Of a stretch of DNA of 64,000 bases, positions 1-12,824 are shown piece by piece (within the stretch, counting starts at the first letter, position 1; each line of letters begins with the position of its first letter). Source of the stretch: Mytilus trossulus (Eukaryota); assembly GCF_036588685.1 (NCBI RefSeq), contig NC_086373.1, positions 106,020,001 through 106,084,000 on the forward strand, read 5' to 3'. The notes under the pieces are model-generated. The model saw only the letters and a program-made list of their open reading frames with translations, did not search any database and was not told the origin of the DNA. A program made the translations under genes and the position numbers.

Positions 1-381
1 TTCATGTTCTAGTTCCTAGTTCTGACATCTTATCTAGCACTTTTTATGTTTGTCATAATTTACTTAATGTATGTTTGTTTTAAATGTTCTTGAAAATATT
101 ATGCATACAGTACAGTCATGGGACAAAAGTGAGTTCCCAGTCAAAAAAAGTCCCATCATTTCAATTAAAATCAATACTTTAAATTATTACAAAGTAACTC
201 TATGAGCGATTTTTTATAAAATAGATACCTAAAGATGTAAAAATAATTTTGGATGGAACATGTCTTCTGATTGGCTGACGTAATTTTGTTATGAGCCCAA
301 AGACATAATTTAGTCATGTGACTGTGACGTCAACAAGGTTTTTTCATGGTTTTCTACGGTTTAAAAAGGAATTTAGAATTA

Positions 382-792
382 TAAGAAATGACTGAAATAT
401 TTTTTCTATCTATTCGAAATAACATAAAAAATTTGGTGCACACTGTTAAATAACCCGCTACACGCGTTATTCAGTGTGCACCAAACCTTTTATGTTATTT
501 CTTTATAGACAGGGCCTATAATAAAATATTGTTTGTTTTCCCAATCCCGACCGACCCTGCAAAAATGGCCCTACTCATAAAATTTTATTGTCAAAACTAA
601 GCCAAATATTATTTTTTTCATTTCTGATTTTCGGGCTTGCCGGATCATCTGATAATATATATTCAGGCTTTTGGGAAAAATAAAAACTATTTACCTACCT
701 ACCTACCCACACCTGGCTTGTCAGGGTAGGGATTGGAGAAACAACAAACAATATATTAATCTAGGCCCAGAAAAAATATTAGTCATTCCTTA
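382..792. repeat. Long imperfect hairpin (foldback) element, right arm interrupted by a MITE
   Basis: Left arm taagaaatgact...tggtgcacactg pairs with cagtgtgcacca...agtcattcctta around a central aataacccgctacacgcgttatt, once 513-770 is removed. Confidence 0.7.
513..767. mobile_element. 255-bp MITE, PIF/Harbinger-like (3-bp TSD CAG)
   Basis: Imperfect TIRs ggcctataataaaatattgtttg / caaacaatatattaatctaggcc; cag at 510-512 and 768-770. Removing it restores the hairpin arm. Confidence 0.7.
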
Positions 793-793
793 A

Positions 794-2460
794 ACAAGAG
801 GCTCTCAAGAGCCTGAATCGCTCACCTGAATTTTTTTGGTTTAACCTCTCATCAATGATTATTTTGGCTTTTCAATTTATTTAAATGTTCTTTGAATCAT
901 CCTATTTTCTTCAAAAGCAAAAAAAAAATTCATATTCTCCTATGTTCTATTTTAGCCATAGGAGCTATGTTTCTTGACATACAAGGAAATGAAATATAAA
1001 ATTTATACTAGATACTCTGAAACTCTGAAACTCATTTAGCCTCAAATTGATACAGCAGTTTCAAAGGAGAAGATTTTTTAAAGTAAGTCAACATGATGAA
1101 CAAATTGTGAAAAAAGTCTTTAAAGGGCAATAACTCCTTAACCCTTTCCTCCATTGAATTTTTTTTTTTGCATACTTGATTCGCATAGGATTTTTTTGAT
1201 AAAATGCTAAACTTATGATTTGAAGTATTAAAGCATTGTGAAAAACAACTATTTCATCAAATAAATTTAAGTCAGATATTCCTATGATATTCCTTTTCAT
1301 ATTGGATACAAACTTTATTAAGTCAACTGCAGACACTTTGTAGTCGAAAGTGTTTCAACTGAGGTACTACACAGGCGTCAAAAGGCGTCATTATGGAGTA
1401 AAGGGGGTGGCGTCAAAAGGCGTCATTATGGAGGAAAGGGTTAAGAGGTCAATTGACAATTTTGGTCAAATTGACTTATTTGTAGATCTTACTTTGCTTA
1501 ACATTTTTGCTATTAACAGTTTATCTGTATCTATAATAATAATAAGATAATGACCAAAAACTGCAAAATTTCCTTAAAATTACCAATTAAGTGGCAGCAA
1601 CCCAACAATGGGTTGTTTGATTCATCTGAAAATATCAGGCCTGATAGATCTTGAGCTAATGAACATTTTTACCCAATGTCAGATTTGCTCTAAATGCTTT
1701 TGTTTTTGAGATATAAGCAAAAAACTGCATTTGACCCCTATGTTCTATTTTAAGTAACAGCCGCCATGTTTTTTGACGGATCAAAAATCGAAGCACACAC
1801 TTTGTGCAGGATAATCTAAGGAACAATCATGCTAAGTTTCATCCAAATCCATTCAGTAGTTTCAGAGGAGAAGATTTTTTAAAGTTAGCAAATATGATGA
1901 ACAAATTGTGAAAAATTGTCATTAAAGGACAATAACCCCTTAAGGGGTCAATTGACAATTTTGGTCATATTAACTTATTTGTAGATCTTACTTTGCTGAT
2001 CATTTTTGCTGTTTACAGTTTATCTTTATCTATAATAATATTCAAGATAATGACCAAAAACTGCAAAATTTCCTTAAAATTACCAATTAAGTGGCAGCAA
2101 CCCAACAATGGTTTGTTTGATTCATCTGGAAATTTCAGGGCTGATAGATCTTAAGCTGATGAACATTTTTACCCCAGGTCAGATTTGCTCTAAATGCTTT
2201 CGTTTTTGAGATATAAGCCAAAAACTGCGTTTGACCCTATGTTCTATTTTAAGTAACGGCGGCCATGTTTTTTGACGAATCAAAAATCGAAGCACACACT
2301 TTGTGCAGGATACTCTAAGGAACAATCATGCTAAGTTTCAACCAAATCCATTCAGTAGTTTCAGAGGAGAAGATGTTTGAAAAATTGTTAATGACGACAG
2401 ACGACGACGGACGCCAACTGATGAGAAAAGCTCACATGGCCTTTTAGGCCAGGTGAGCTA
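794..2460 (+). mobile_element. Non-autonomous Helentron-associated (HINE/DINE-like) element with ~500-bp internal tandem repeats
   Basis: 5' acaagaggctctcaagagcc...gctcacctg; 3' (gac)n-like microsatellite at 2393-2415; terminal stem-loop agctcac-atggcc-tttta-ggcc-ag-gtgagct followed by an A-run. Unit period ~500 bp (tgaccaaaaactgc at 1551 and 2051). Confidence 0.75.
1142..1440. mobile_element. 299-bp piggyBac-like MITE (TTAA TSD)
   Basis: TIR ccctttcctccat / atggaggaaaggg; TTAA at 1138-1141 and 1441-1444. The neighbouring repeat unit (1931-1960) shows the empty site. Confidence 0.85.
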
Positions 2461-2519
2461 AAAAAGAAATGAATTAAAAGATGTTTATCTAAGGTTTTCT
2501 TCAATTCTTGTGGTGATGA

Positions 2520-3952
2520 CAGGGTTTGGAACAAACACCCTAAATGGTGCCTGTATAGAGGGATAAAATTATCCCTCTTAAAGGAGTATTTTTGTTTACA
2601 CTGTTTTAAATCAAATTAGGGCAGAATGGCATTTTCTTTTTAAATTGGCTATAATCTCTAGCATTATATGCATCAACATATGAACTTTACTAAAAATTGG
2701 GACGACCAGTTTGCTGCTAAAGTGACAAAACTTGCAATCTATTGTATACCTATCTGAACACCTGATCAACAACAAAAGGAACAGTTGACCTTTAATTTAA
2801 ATCAAACAATAGAAATTCTGTTCAGTGAAGCATAAGTGAGTGGAATTTACCTGATCATCACAGCTTTCAATCATGGTGAACAATACATTGCATATTTAAA
2901 ACATGACGGTACCCAAATTGCACCTATTTTGACAGTTTTTTCGCCTACGTTTTTTTATGATCAAGAAAAATATGTCCATACTGCGTTTATTTTGTGTCCC
3001 CATTTTTCTTTATTGTATAGGTAGACCAATTTAATTTTTAATCCATATTGGGTCATAAATAAATGGGTTTGAATCAACCTCTAAAGCATCCATGATTCTG
3101 TAATGAGGAGTGCATCCATGCTTAAATTCACATCGTCAAAAGTCTAATAACCAAGCTTTTGTTTAATTTCTTCAAATATTTTGAACAATTGGATATTAGT
3201 CCATGCTTATTATTCATATTTTATGAAATGGATACTCATTATATATTTTATCGGTAATTTAGTAGTTTCCCTTTGATCATACTGCCTAATATTTTCGAGT
3301 ATCAATGTACTGGCTGTATCACTGAAAGTATTAGGCAATACATTGCGTGACGTCATAACATTGCGTGACCTCACAATTACCGATAAACAGAATTATAGGT
3401 AGTTTCGATTTTGATACTGACTATATCATGTGGAATATCTTAACTCGCCCTAACAGGCTCGTCTAGATATTTCACATGATATAAATGTAGTCAGTATCAA
3501 ACACTCAACTACCTATTATTCTATATGTATTTGCTAATTTTAAAAAGATGACGTTTTGATGATGTTGCATGGTGAAGTTTTAGTACATTTTGCTTTTTCA
3601 GTAAACAGTCCATCTGTGAATAGATACTGTGAACGTTTTGTGTATATCTAAATATGTTTAACTATGTTGAAAGACATGCATAGTATCAATTCATAAAAAT
3701 ACAAATTGTTTAGTCTCTAGGAAATCTTGTAAGAATTCCGTTGCACTTTTTTCTAAATAGGTGCAATTTGGGTACCCTTATGTTAGTAAGATAAGCAACA
3801 AACTGGGCATGTGCATATTAAGTTAAGAACATCAATTGGTGCATCAACTGTTGCAAATGCCATTCTGCCCTATTTTGATTTAAATCCAGTCTAAACAAAA
3901 ATGCCCCTCTATATAGGTATAATCACCATCTAGAGGGTTTGTTCCCAACCTG
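2520..3952. mobile_element. Degenerate DNA-transposon remnant with long imperfect TIRs
   Basis: ggtttggaacaaac...tttaaatcaaattagggcagaatggcattt (2523-2634) mirrored at 3855-3952; inner inverted pair ggtacccaaattgcacctattt (~2908) / aaataggtgcaatttgggtacc (~3755). No TSD found. Confidence 0.6.
3395..3516. repeat. Hairpin (foldback) element
   Basis: ataggtagtt...ttgatactgact...atcatgtg pairs with cacatgat...agtcagtatcaa...aactacctat. Confidence 0.65.
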
Positions 3953-5358
3953 TTAAACATTAAAAGGTTTTCATAAATATTGAATTTATTTATAAGAGGC
4001 ATGAACATATACAAAGGGATATCATCTTTTTCCATTTAAGTTGTGTGTGCTGGCATTACTAAATACATTCATTGACATTGTGGTTTATCTACATGTATTT
4101 GTCATGAGCAGGGCGAGTTGGCAAACCTTATTATTTCAGAGGGATTTTAGACCTTTTGATAAGTGTTACCCTTATGGCATGTTATGACAAAGGGATATAA
4201 TTGACGATACCCTTTTAATAAGTGGAGCGAGTTGGTAAACAAGAGGGGAGCGATTTTTTAGGAAATGGGTCGAGTAGGTGAAAAAGAGGGGCGATTAGGT
4301 GTAGGCGATTTGTCAAAAGTTCCTGATAGCAAACCAATATCATGGAACAACGTAGTCCAAATAATTATGACGTCTGGCAAGGCTATTTTAATTTATTTTC
4401 TTCTGGGACGCCTTCCTGCGTCAATGTGAGATAAAAAAAAAATCGAAAAATACCCACAGCAGACGGCATGATCATGATGATTATCTGGACTATGTGTAGG
4501 AACAACGTGTTTTACTATAAACCGATCAGATCGTCTGTTCTTTTAAACCAGATTTTTTTTAACCAGATAACGTTCATGGATAACTACTTAATTACAAAAT
4601 TCAAACTGAATATTTCAGTAGTACCTTTTCAACAAATCTATTTAACGGTTTCTACAGTTGTTAAACTTTACCGCGCTGCACATGCGCTGATTCAAAAGTA
4701 GAGTGCATTCCCTTGGCAGAGAAACAAATTCGGCACACATCGGAAGATATTTAAATTGAATGTAGAATGCCGAGATTTACGAATTGAATGGAAATATTTA
4801 CCGACAGCCGATCCAGTCAAAATTTACCCTATTCATTGAGGCCAAACTATTTAAAGACCTCAATTTATAACTTATAGAGTGACATAATACAATCGTTATG
4901 TCTCTGATGAGTGTTATCAGAGACATATACAAATATATATATTGCATTATATTTCTCTAGTGTTATTGACTCGGACGCATATATAAACTAACGGGAGAAG
5001 AATTTGACCGAAATATCTAACGTGCACTCAGTAGATTTTTATCTATTTAAGCAGAAAGGTCAAACCTTTTGATTTTCGGGGGGGGGGGGGGGGGGGGGGG
5101 GGTCAGCTGAGGGTGACCCAAACAATTTTTTTCTTAGGGTAAAAAAAAAAAAACAACTGGAAACAAACTTTTTTTTTTAAATGGTTGCTGCCTAAGAATG
5201 GTTTTACAAACAATGGAAGTTTTTAACGACCTTGACTGGGTAAATTGGTTGATCCAGGGTGGGGATACGGGGGTTGGAATCCCCCCTTTTTGGGGCCGAT
5301 CAAGGCATTTGAATGGGGTCATATAGTTGGAACATCCCCCCTTTTATCCTGTGTTGGG

Positions 5359-8300
5359 CATTTGATCGTGTATGGCACATGGGACTTCTATATAAGTTAA
5401 GAAAATATGGAATAAAGGATAATTTGCTTAACTGGTTCAAAAGTTATCTTTCTGATAGACAACAAAGGGTTGGAGTAAATGGTTTTTTTTCTAACTGGAA
5501 TACTGTCAAGGCAGGAGTCCCTCAAGGATCCATCTTGGGCCCTTTTCTGTTTTTATTGTTTGTGAATGACATAGTAGATGTGGTTACAAACAAAATAAAA
5601 CTATTTGCAGATGATACTTGTCTATATTGTGTTGTACATAATGAGAGATCAGCAGCTGAATCCCTATGACAAGATCTAGAATCATTAGATCAATGGGCAG
5701 GGGAATGGGGTGTAACCTTCAATGCAGACAAAGCCAAATCTATGTACTTTACGAGAAAAAGTAATATTGATGTCACATCACTATGCATGAATGATGCACC
5801 TCTAGAAAATGTCTCAGAACATAAACATCTTGGTATAACCTTATCATCTAATGCCAAATGGTCTAGTCACATACAGGATACGTATTCAAAAGCTTGTAAA
5901 CGTCTTAATATTATGAGATATTTAAAACATAAGATTGATAGACAGCCTCTGGAAAGACTTTATATTGCATTTATAAGGCCTATTTTAGAATATGGGAACA
6001 TAATCTGGGATAACTGCACACAAGAAGAATCAGAACTTATTGAGTCTGTACAACAAGCTGCTGCCAGAATTGTAACTGGGCTTCGAAAGGGAACTCCTAG
6101 ATGGAGATTATATAAGGAATTAGGTTGGGATTCCCTCCAGAATAGACGTCAGAAAAACAAATTATTGTTTCTTCATAAAACTATTTCTTGAGATATTCCT
6201 AATTATATTGCTGCTGATGTCTTGTCATATACAAACACAAATGACCAGTATGGTCTGAGAAAAAAAAGGGAATTTAAAACTCCTCAGTGCCGAACCACAG
6301 CCTATAAAAACAGTTTTATTCCACATACTCTTGAAAAGTGGAATTCACTTGATGGAGAAGTTAAAAATATTTTAAGCTTTACAGGATTTAAAAGAAAACT
6401 GAATGAGGACATAAGTCCTTGTCCTGTTTTCTTTTCCACTGGTTCACGTAAAGTTAATATAATCCACTGCCAATTAAGAAATGAGGCTAGTGATCTAACA
6501 GATCATCTCTTCTGTGATCATTTGTCGGACAGCTCTATATGTGCCTGTGGAGATCCAGTAGAGGATAATTTTCATTTCTTTTATGTTTGTCCATTTTACA
6601 TCTGGTATAATGTTAAAACACTTTGAATCTATCCTTGGAGATAACCCACCGGATTTATGTGACGAAGTTTTAACCTTATGAACAACTCTGTTTTTGAAAT
6701 TTTGAATATAAATGATCTAGACACTGAAATATCTGAGGATGAAATTAAAGCCGCAATACATAAAATGAAGTCAAGAAAGAGTGCGGGAAATGATGGCATA
6801 ATTAGCGAAATGGTATCTTGTTGTCCAATCTTATTTGCACCAATTTTGAAAATTTTGTTTAACTTTATTTTTTCATCTGGAATATATCCTGATCACTGGA
6901 CAGAATGTTTAGTCATAGCGGTTCCTAAAACTGGTGATTTATCAGATCCAAACAACTATAGACCAATAGTTTTAGTTAGTGTTTTATCCAAACTATTCAC
7001 TACTATTTTAACCAATCGTTTATTGTCGTGGTCAGAGGAAGAAGAAAAACTCATCAACAATCAATTTGGCTTCAGACCCGGACGATCTACTATAGATGCA
7101 ATATTTGTATTGCATGGAATTATAACTAATACTCTTCAACAAAAGCAAAAACTGTACTGTTCATTCGTAGATTTCCGTAAAGCGTTTGACAAGCTGGACC
7201 GAAGCATACTAATGTAAAAACTCATTAAAAGTGGAATAAGCTCCAAATTTGTTACTATTGTAAAATCTGTCTATTCTTCTGTTAAAATGCGTGTTAGATC
7301 TGGTGGTATTTTATCCGATTCGTTCGATAATTTAATGGGAGTAAAACAAGGGGAGCCCTTGTCGCCTCTTTTGTTTTTATTCTTCATCAATGACTTGATT
7401 GAGGACATTCATATTGATATGCGGGATGATGCCGTTACTGTGAATAATATTCTAATATATCTTATTCTTTTTGCGGATGACACTGTGTTGTTTGGAAAAT
7501 CACCAGAATTATTGCAAGAACTTTTAGATAAATTATTGAAATACTGTCATAAGTGGAACATTGAAGTTAATACTGAAAAAACAAAAGTTATAGTATTTAG
7601 AAATGGATGGCAACCAGTAAGTGCCAGATTCTAATTAAGAGCTAGATTTTTAAACTCAGTGAAAGATTTGTTCTTGTCAAAGAAGAAACAACTTGATCTA
7701 TTTGACAGTATGGTGGCCTCTGTTCTTAATTACGCTTCGGAAATATGGGGTTTCAATCGAGGTAAAGATGTTGAGATTATTCACAATCGTTTCTGTCGAT
7801 ATATTTTAATAGTTGGCAAATCTGTCCCAAATTGTTTTTTATATGGAGAATTTGGCCATTTTCCTATGTACATTATGAGAAAATCTAGAATTTTGAAATA
7901 TTGGTTGAATATCTTATCTAACAAAACACCTATTGTTTATGATGTTTATAAATTGTTACTTGATGCCAATAATGGCAAAAAAAACTGGGCTTCTAATGTA
8001 CGTGACTTACTATTTGATAGTGGTCTCAATTATATATGGTATCAACAATCAGAAATAAATACTACTGGATTTTTTTATGTAATTAAAAATAGAATTATAG
8101 ATCAGTATATACAAAGCTGGTTATCATATGTAGAAAAGAGCGAAAAACTTAGTATTTATAAGGATATAAAGTTAGAATTTAGGTTTGAGGATTATTTAGA
8201 TTTTTGTTATAATTCACACTTTTTAGCTAAATTGCGAAGTGGTACATTTAAACTGAATATTGAAACAGGAAGATATACTGGCATGGCTAGAGAATTACGT

Positions 8301-9447
8301 TTATGTAAATGTTGTAACATGCAGTGTGTTGAAAACGAATACCACTTTTTACTAGTATGCCCTGCCTATAGATCAATTAGGCCTATATATTTGCCAAAAT
8401 TCTATTGTTCTTGGCCAAACCTTACTAAATTACAGTATCTATTTAAATCAAAGTCTGTTTTACATATTAAAAAATTGTGTAACTACATAAAATCTGCGTG
8501 GTCAATCAGATCACATATTGTTACTTAATGTTATTTGCTTTCTTGTAATGATTTATATGTATTGTTCTCTGTTGTTTATCATTTGTCATGTTGTAAATAT
8601 GTTTTTCGTTGCTATAGCATATATATGCTTTTTGCAATAAAGTATTCATTCATTCATCTATCAGAGATATGAGCTCTTTTGAAAAATAAGTAACTTTGAT
8701 AATGTCAATCTTGATGTCCTACTACAGGGTTGCTCAGACTTGAATATTGATGAAAACACAGAGATATTTACATATGTACAACAATATATTCATGAAACTG
8801 GAAGATTTTTATAATAATTCATGTGATATTATACTGTTTAGAAATCAGCCTATAACCAGTGTACCACTCTTTAGTCTTAATTAAAGACAAACCAACTTTT
8901 ACACAAAAAACAACCAATTGTGTTTAGCATCTTTTTGCAAATAAATTTATATATATTTTATTTTGTTTTTTGTATTAGTAATTTTATTTTCAAAAATCAA
9001 GAAATTAAAAGTCTTGTAATAAGATGGTACACTAAATTATTTATGTATTGCTAAGCAGTGCCAATCAATTCTTGTTATTCATATAAATAGAACAACTTTG
9101 TTGCAGTGAGTTTGTAAATTTGAGTAAAAATCACTTTATGATCTACTTGATTCCTTACCAACACTTATTAATGTGGTATAAAATTCGACATTATTTTCAG
9201 TAGGTCTTGATTTGACTTTGTTAACATAGTTATTTATATATGTATGTACACAAAAAATACTTCAAGAAGTGGGGGAATTGCCTCCCCTGACTCACTGCAA
9301 CAACGTATGATCTATTAACATATCAGAAAATTATATACTATCATGCATGTTATCTAATCCATCTTGTATGGCACTGCCTTTTGTCCAATCCCTTTGTTTA
9401 AATGTACATTTGATATTTGAACAATAAAATATTTTGAATTGAATTGA
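5359..9447 (+). mobile_element. 5'-truncated CR1/L2-group LINE, decayed, interrupted by a second LINE
   Basis: RT motifs GVPQGSILGP, FADDT and RPILEY in broken ORFs 5313-6626. The C-terminus resumes after 8662 (LDVLLQG...YIHETGRFL*). (ttgaa)n tail; 13-bp TSD atcctgtgttggg at 5346-5358 and 9448-9460. Confidence 0.9.
6634..8655 (+). mobile_element. 5'-truncated LINE (RTE-X-like RT with C-terminal Cys/His motif), nested, decayed
   Basis: NYRPI, QFGFR, DFRKAFD, GVKQGEPLSP, FADD and ETGR...CKCC...ENEYHFLLVC motifs; aataaa plus (attc)n tail; 7-bp TSD atctatc at 6627-6633 and 8656-8662. Clade assignment is tentative. Confidence 0.88.
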
Positions 9448-9654
9448 ATCCTGTGTTGGGAACCCCTTTTTTAAATGGCAGGATCCGCCCCTTGGTTATA
9501 TAGCTCTTGCATGGTCGGTAATGGTTTTATGGTTTCTATAAAAATATTTATATCTGATTCAGTCTCAGACATTTATGATATAAATCAATAATATTAGGCA
9601 GTGGCTATTTTGCCTGCTCTGATTACAATATCTTAAGTAAAGCCGACTAAATAG

Positions 9655-11656
9655 TGTAACGTGTACACAGGGTAAGCGTGTCTGTTTCTATTTAGAATGA
9701 GTACGTTACCAGTTTGATACTGGATCCAAAATTGTTCTATTTACAAAACATATAACAAATAATCTTTATTCAAAAATTAACGTCAATGAACCAAAATATG
9801 TACAACTGCTCTTTGCAATCTTTAATAAGCTATCTATAAAATATTCTAATCAACATATATATACACTAGTACAAATTTGTACTCTTACAAATTTGTCCTG
9901 GGTCAGGAACAAACTTGTCCTCCTGGTACAGTAATGTACCCTACAAGTTTACACACTTGTCTTTGTTCCTCTGGTACAATTATGTACTTTACAATGTGGT
10001 CACACAGACTCACACTTGTCCTATACGGTACAATACGGTTCCGCTTGTAAATGTACAAGTCCGTATTTATAACAGGCACCAACCTGTTCTTTATTACTCT
10101 TAGTAATAAATTATAATATATACGAGCGAGCGATCTCAAATATCAACGTACCGTGGTCTTATGTCTCCAACGACTTCTAACAATCGACCCTGAGCTAGGA
10201 ATCTCTCCTGCTTATATACCCCAATGGTAGCCGTACCAATATTGAAGAAGGGGTGTTCTACCAAAGTGTCTCATTACTCGTATCTAAGTTTCCTAAGGAA
10301 CACCCCTTTACATTGAACCTGACCCAAAGTTTACCCGCGAAACATTTAACTCTTTTCTATGTTTATTAAACTAACATATACATATATAAAATAAGGCTTC
10401 TACTGAACTGTAACCAATATAAACAATCTAGCCTTAGATACAAAATCATCACATAACCCACGCCTCAAAAACACATGCGTCCCGCATGTCTAAAACTATC
10501 TTTTACATGTTTCAAACGGATAAAACATAGAACTACTATATACACATACTTCAAATAAATTTACAAAATCTATTTAACAATATAATCTGCCATCCAGGCT
10601 GGTTTTCGCCTTGTTCGACGCCCTTCGACACTAATTTCCTGAGTTTCTTCAACAGGCAACGTTGACTCGTGTACAGCTATGTCTTGCAGATATGGAGTCT
10701 CTATCATGTCCATAGGACCATCTTCAACACTATTGTTTTCAGTGTCTAATGGAACAAAAGTGTTATCCGATTCTGTCCTTAATGTCTGTTTGTTCTTTTT
10801 CTTAAGTCTGTCGACATGTATGACTTGTAGTTTCCCTCTGTACCCACAGTCAACTTTATATGTAAGGTCGCCATATTTGTCGAGAATTTTGAAAGGACCT
10901 TTCCAGAAACTAGTCAGTTTTGAAGACATCCCAGGTTTCTTTACTGGGAAATAGACGTATACCTCATCTTTTCTGAAATTTTGGTATGACAATTTGAGGT
11001 CGTGATAATGTTTCTGTCTTCGCATTTGCCCTTTTATTTTACCTCTGACAAAGCTGTGGGAGATTTCTAACTTTTCCTTAAGCTCCCAATCCCAATTATG
11101 TACGGGTATATCTTTAATAATCTCTTTCTGTAACATTTTGTCAAGGTTGTCATTTACTACCTTGTTCAAATGATAAGGTGTACGACGAGGTGGTTCTTTA
11201 AATGGCCTTGCGTTTCCCGTATTGATTTCGTGTTTTACGAGATTGGTCCTTCCCAAGTCAACATCAGAAGAAGCAAACATGTTCTGATTTTCTATCAACA
11301 AAAATTTAACTTTTTGTTTGTCTTTCGAAGTCAATTCATCTGATGTCCTGTCTAACAAATTTTGTAAATCTGGTCTAAGTCCGTCATGTTTCTGTTCATT
11401 TGAACTAATATTACCATCTAGTACTTGTTCAACACCAGACATTTGGGCTATAGTTGTACCAGGATAGATTGTCTTAGGATCTAGTTCTGTGTTCATTAAT
11501 CTAACAGGGATTTTTTTTCGCCTGACCTTACCAACGTTCTAGCAGTCAAAATGTAGTCTTTCCCTGCATGCTCATTTGCTTCTAACAAAGCATTGTCAGC
11601 AGGTAATTTCTGACCTTCTGCTAAGCAAACCGTACCATTAATGACCATTTCTGACC
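9655..11656 (-). mobile_element. Internally deleted Ty3/Gypsy LTR retrotransposon (3' LTR ~9655-10302 plus pol remnant)
   Basis: ORF 10570-11496 has the pre-RT segment (DLGRTNLVKHEINTG...PPRR) and an integrase C-terminal GPY/F module (KLTSFWKGPFKI...VIHVDRLK). The putative LTR reads TGT...ACA on the minus strand, with a purine tract aaagggg just upstream. Confidence 0.8.
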
Positions 11657-12005
11657 TTTTTTTCCTCAATTCATGAACATTTAATAAATATGTGTTATTT
11701 CTGAATAAAAAAAATTGCGTATATTTTAGGATACTTATAAACTACAGATATTACCGATTATTTAACAAAAACAATTTGTATTTATCTTTTATAACAAAAA
11801 AGTTATGTCTTTCTTTCGAAAAAGAAATTACGGCCACAAATCTGAATTTTGAGCAAATCTTAAAAATTTCGACCTCATTTTACTCAAAAAGTAGCACATG
11901 AAGGTATATTTTTCATTACATATTTGAATTAATCAGGTAAAAAATAGCCTATATGCAAATGTTCATGAACTTGTAAATACAGGATCAAAACTGTATCGTA
12001 TGCCC
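11657..12005. mobile_element. Single arm of the Kolobok-like foldback MITE family seen at 38333-39494
   Basis: Near-identical to 39148-39494; ends aaaactgtatcgtatgccc followed by TTAA. Confidence 0.8.
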
Positions 12006-12419
12006 TTAAGATGGCATAATGATTGATTGTTGATTGCTTTACGCCGCATTAGCACAAAAAGGCTATATCGCGGCGAGAGCTAATTCGAATTTTTTTTACA
12101 ATTTAAAGCACATTTTTGAAATATGACAAAAGGTCCTTCAATATACTAAAATTCTTGACTAAAGCATAATGATATTTTGGCTTTAATATCGATTTACTTA
12201 TCATGTTATATGGTCATTTGCATCGGAAATAACACATATGTTCATGTATTCTAAGACCAGTTCAGTGTTGGCATGATTCGGGTCAGTATGTTCTTCCGTA
12301 ATGATATATTTTATGAAAGTGCAGGGACCTTCCGCTATACTGGTTTTAGAAACACAATTTCACGGCCTACAATTAAGTCTTGGTATGATTTCATTGCAAC
12401 AAATGCATGAAAGCTAGAA

Positions 12420-12630
12420 TTGACAATATTATTTTTTTTCTTGTCATAAATTCCTATTTTCACTTTGAATGCAGGGAAGCTCAATATTAATTTTCAGTTC
12501 TTGTTATAAATTCCTATTTTCACTTTGAACGCATGGATGCTCAATATTATATTTTTTCTTGTTATACTGAATTCCTATTTCACTTTGAATGCTCAATAAT
12601 GGTTTTTTTTCTAGTTATAAATTTCTCTTT
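12420..12630. repeat. Short degenerate ~60-bp tandem repeat (3-4 copies)
   Basis: Recurring ttataaattcctatttttcactttgaa...gctcaata. Confidence 0.6.
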
Positions 12631-12824
12631 TCCCTTTGACTGATGTCTTAGACGTTTATATGTATCTCAAATATTGTCACATTTTCATAGAACTTTTTAA
12701 AAGTAAATATAAATTCCCTCTTTACAAAGAACGGTCATCGCCGGGCAAAATAACAAGTTTGGTGACTATATTGCTGGTGCCAGTAAAACCATTCTTTTAT
12801 AACCGCTTGATTCTTTTATTACCT

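Noticed and set aside
4896-4928. ctgatgag motif suggesting a second hammerhead
   Set aside because: It is part of a simple hairpin (atgtctctgat...atcagagacat) with no stem II-GAAA. The ctgatga matches at ~2418 and ~57033 fail for the same reason.
5078-5102. G25 homopolymer as a functional G-quadruplex (also T/G runs at ~43685 and ~43925)
   Set aside because: Homopolymer length is error-prone and there is no functional context; the 43.6-43.9 kb runs belong to a local duplication.
5640-6200. In-frame TGA codons in the CR1-like RT as selenocysteine or readthrough
   Set aside because: These are ordinary nonsense mutations in a 5'-truncated, interrupted LINE; no SECIS is evident.
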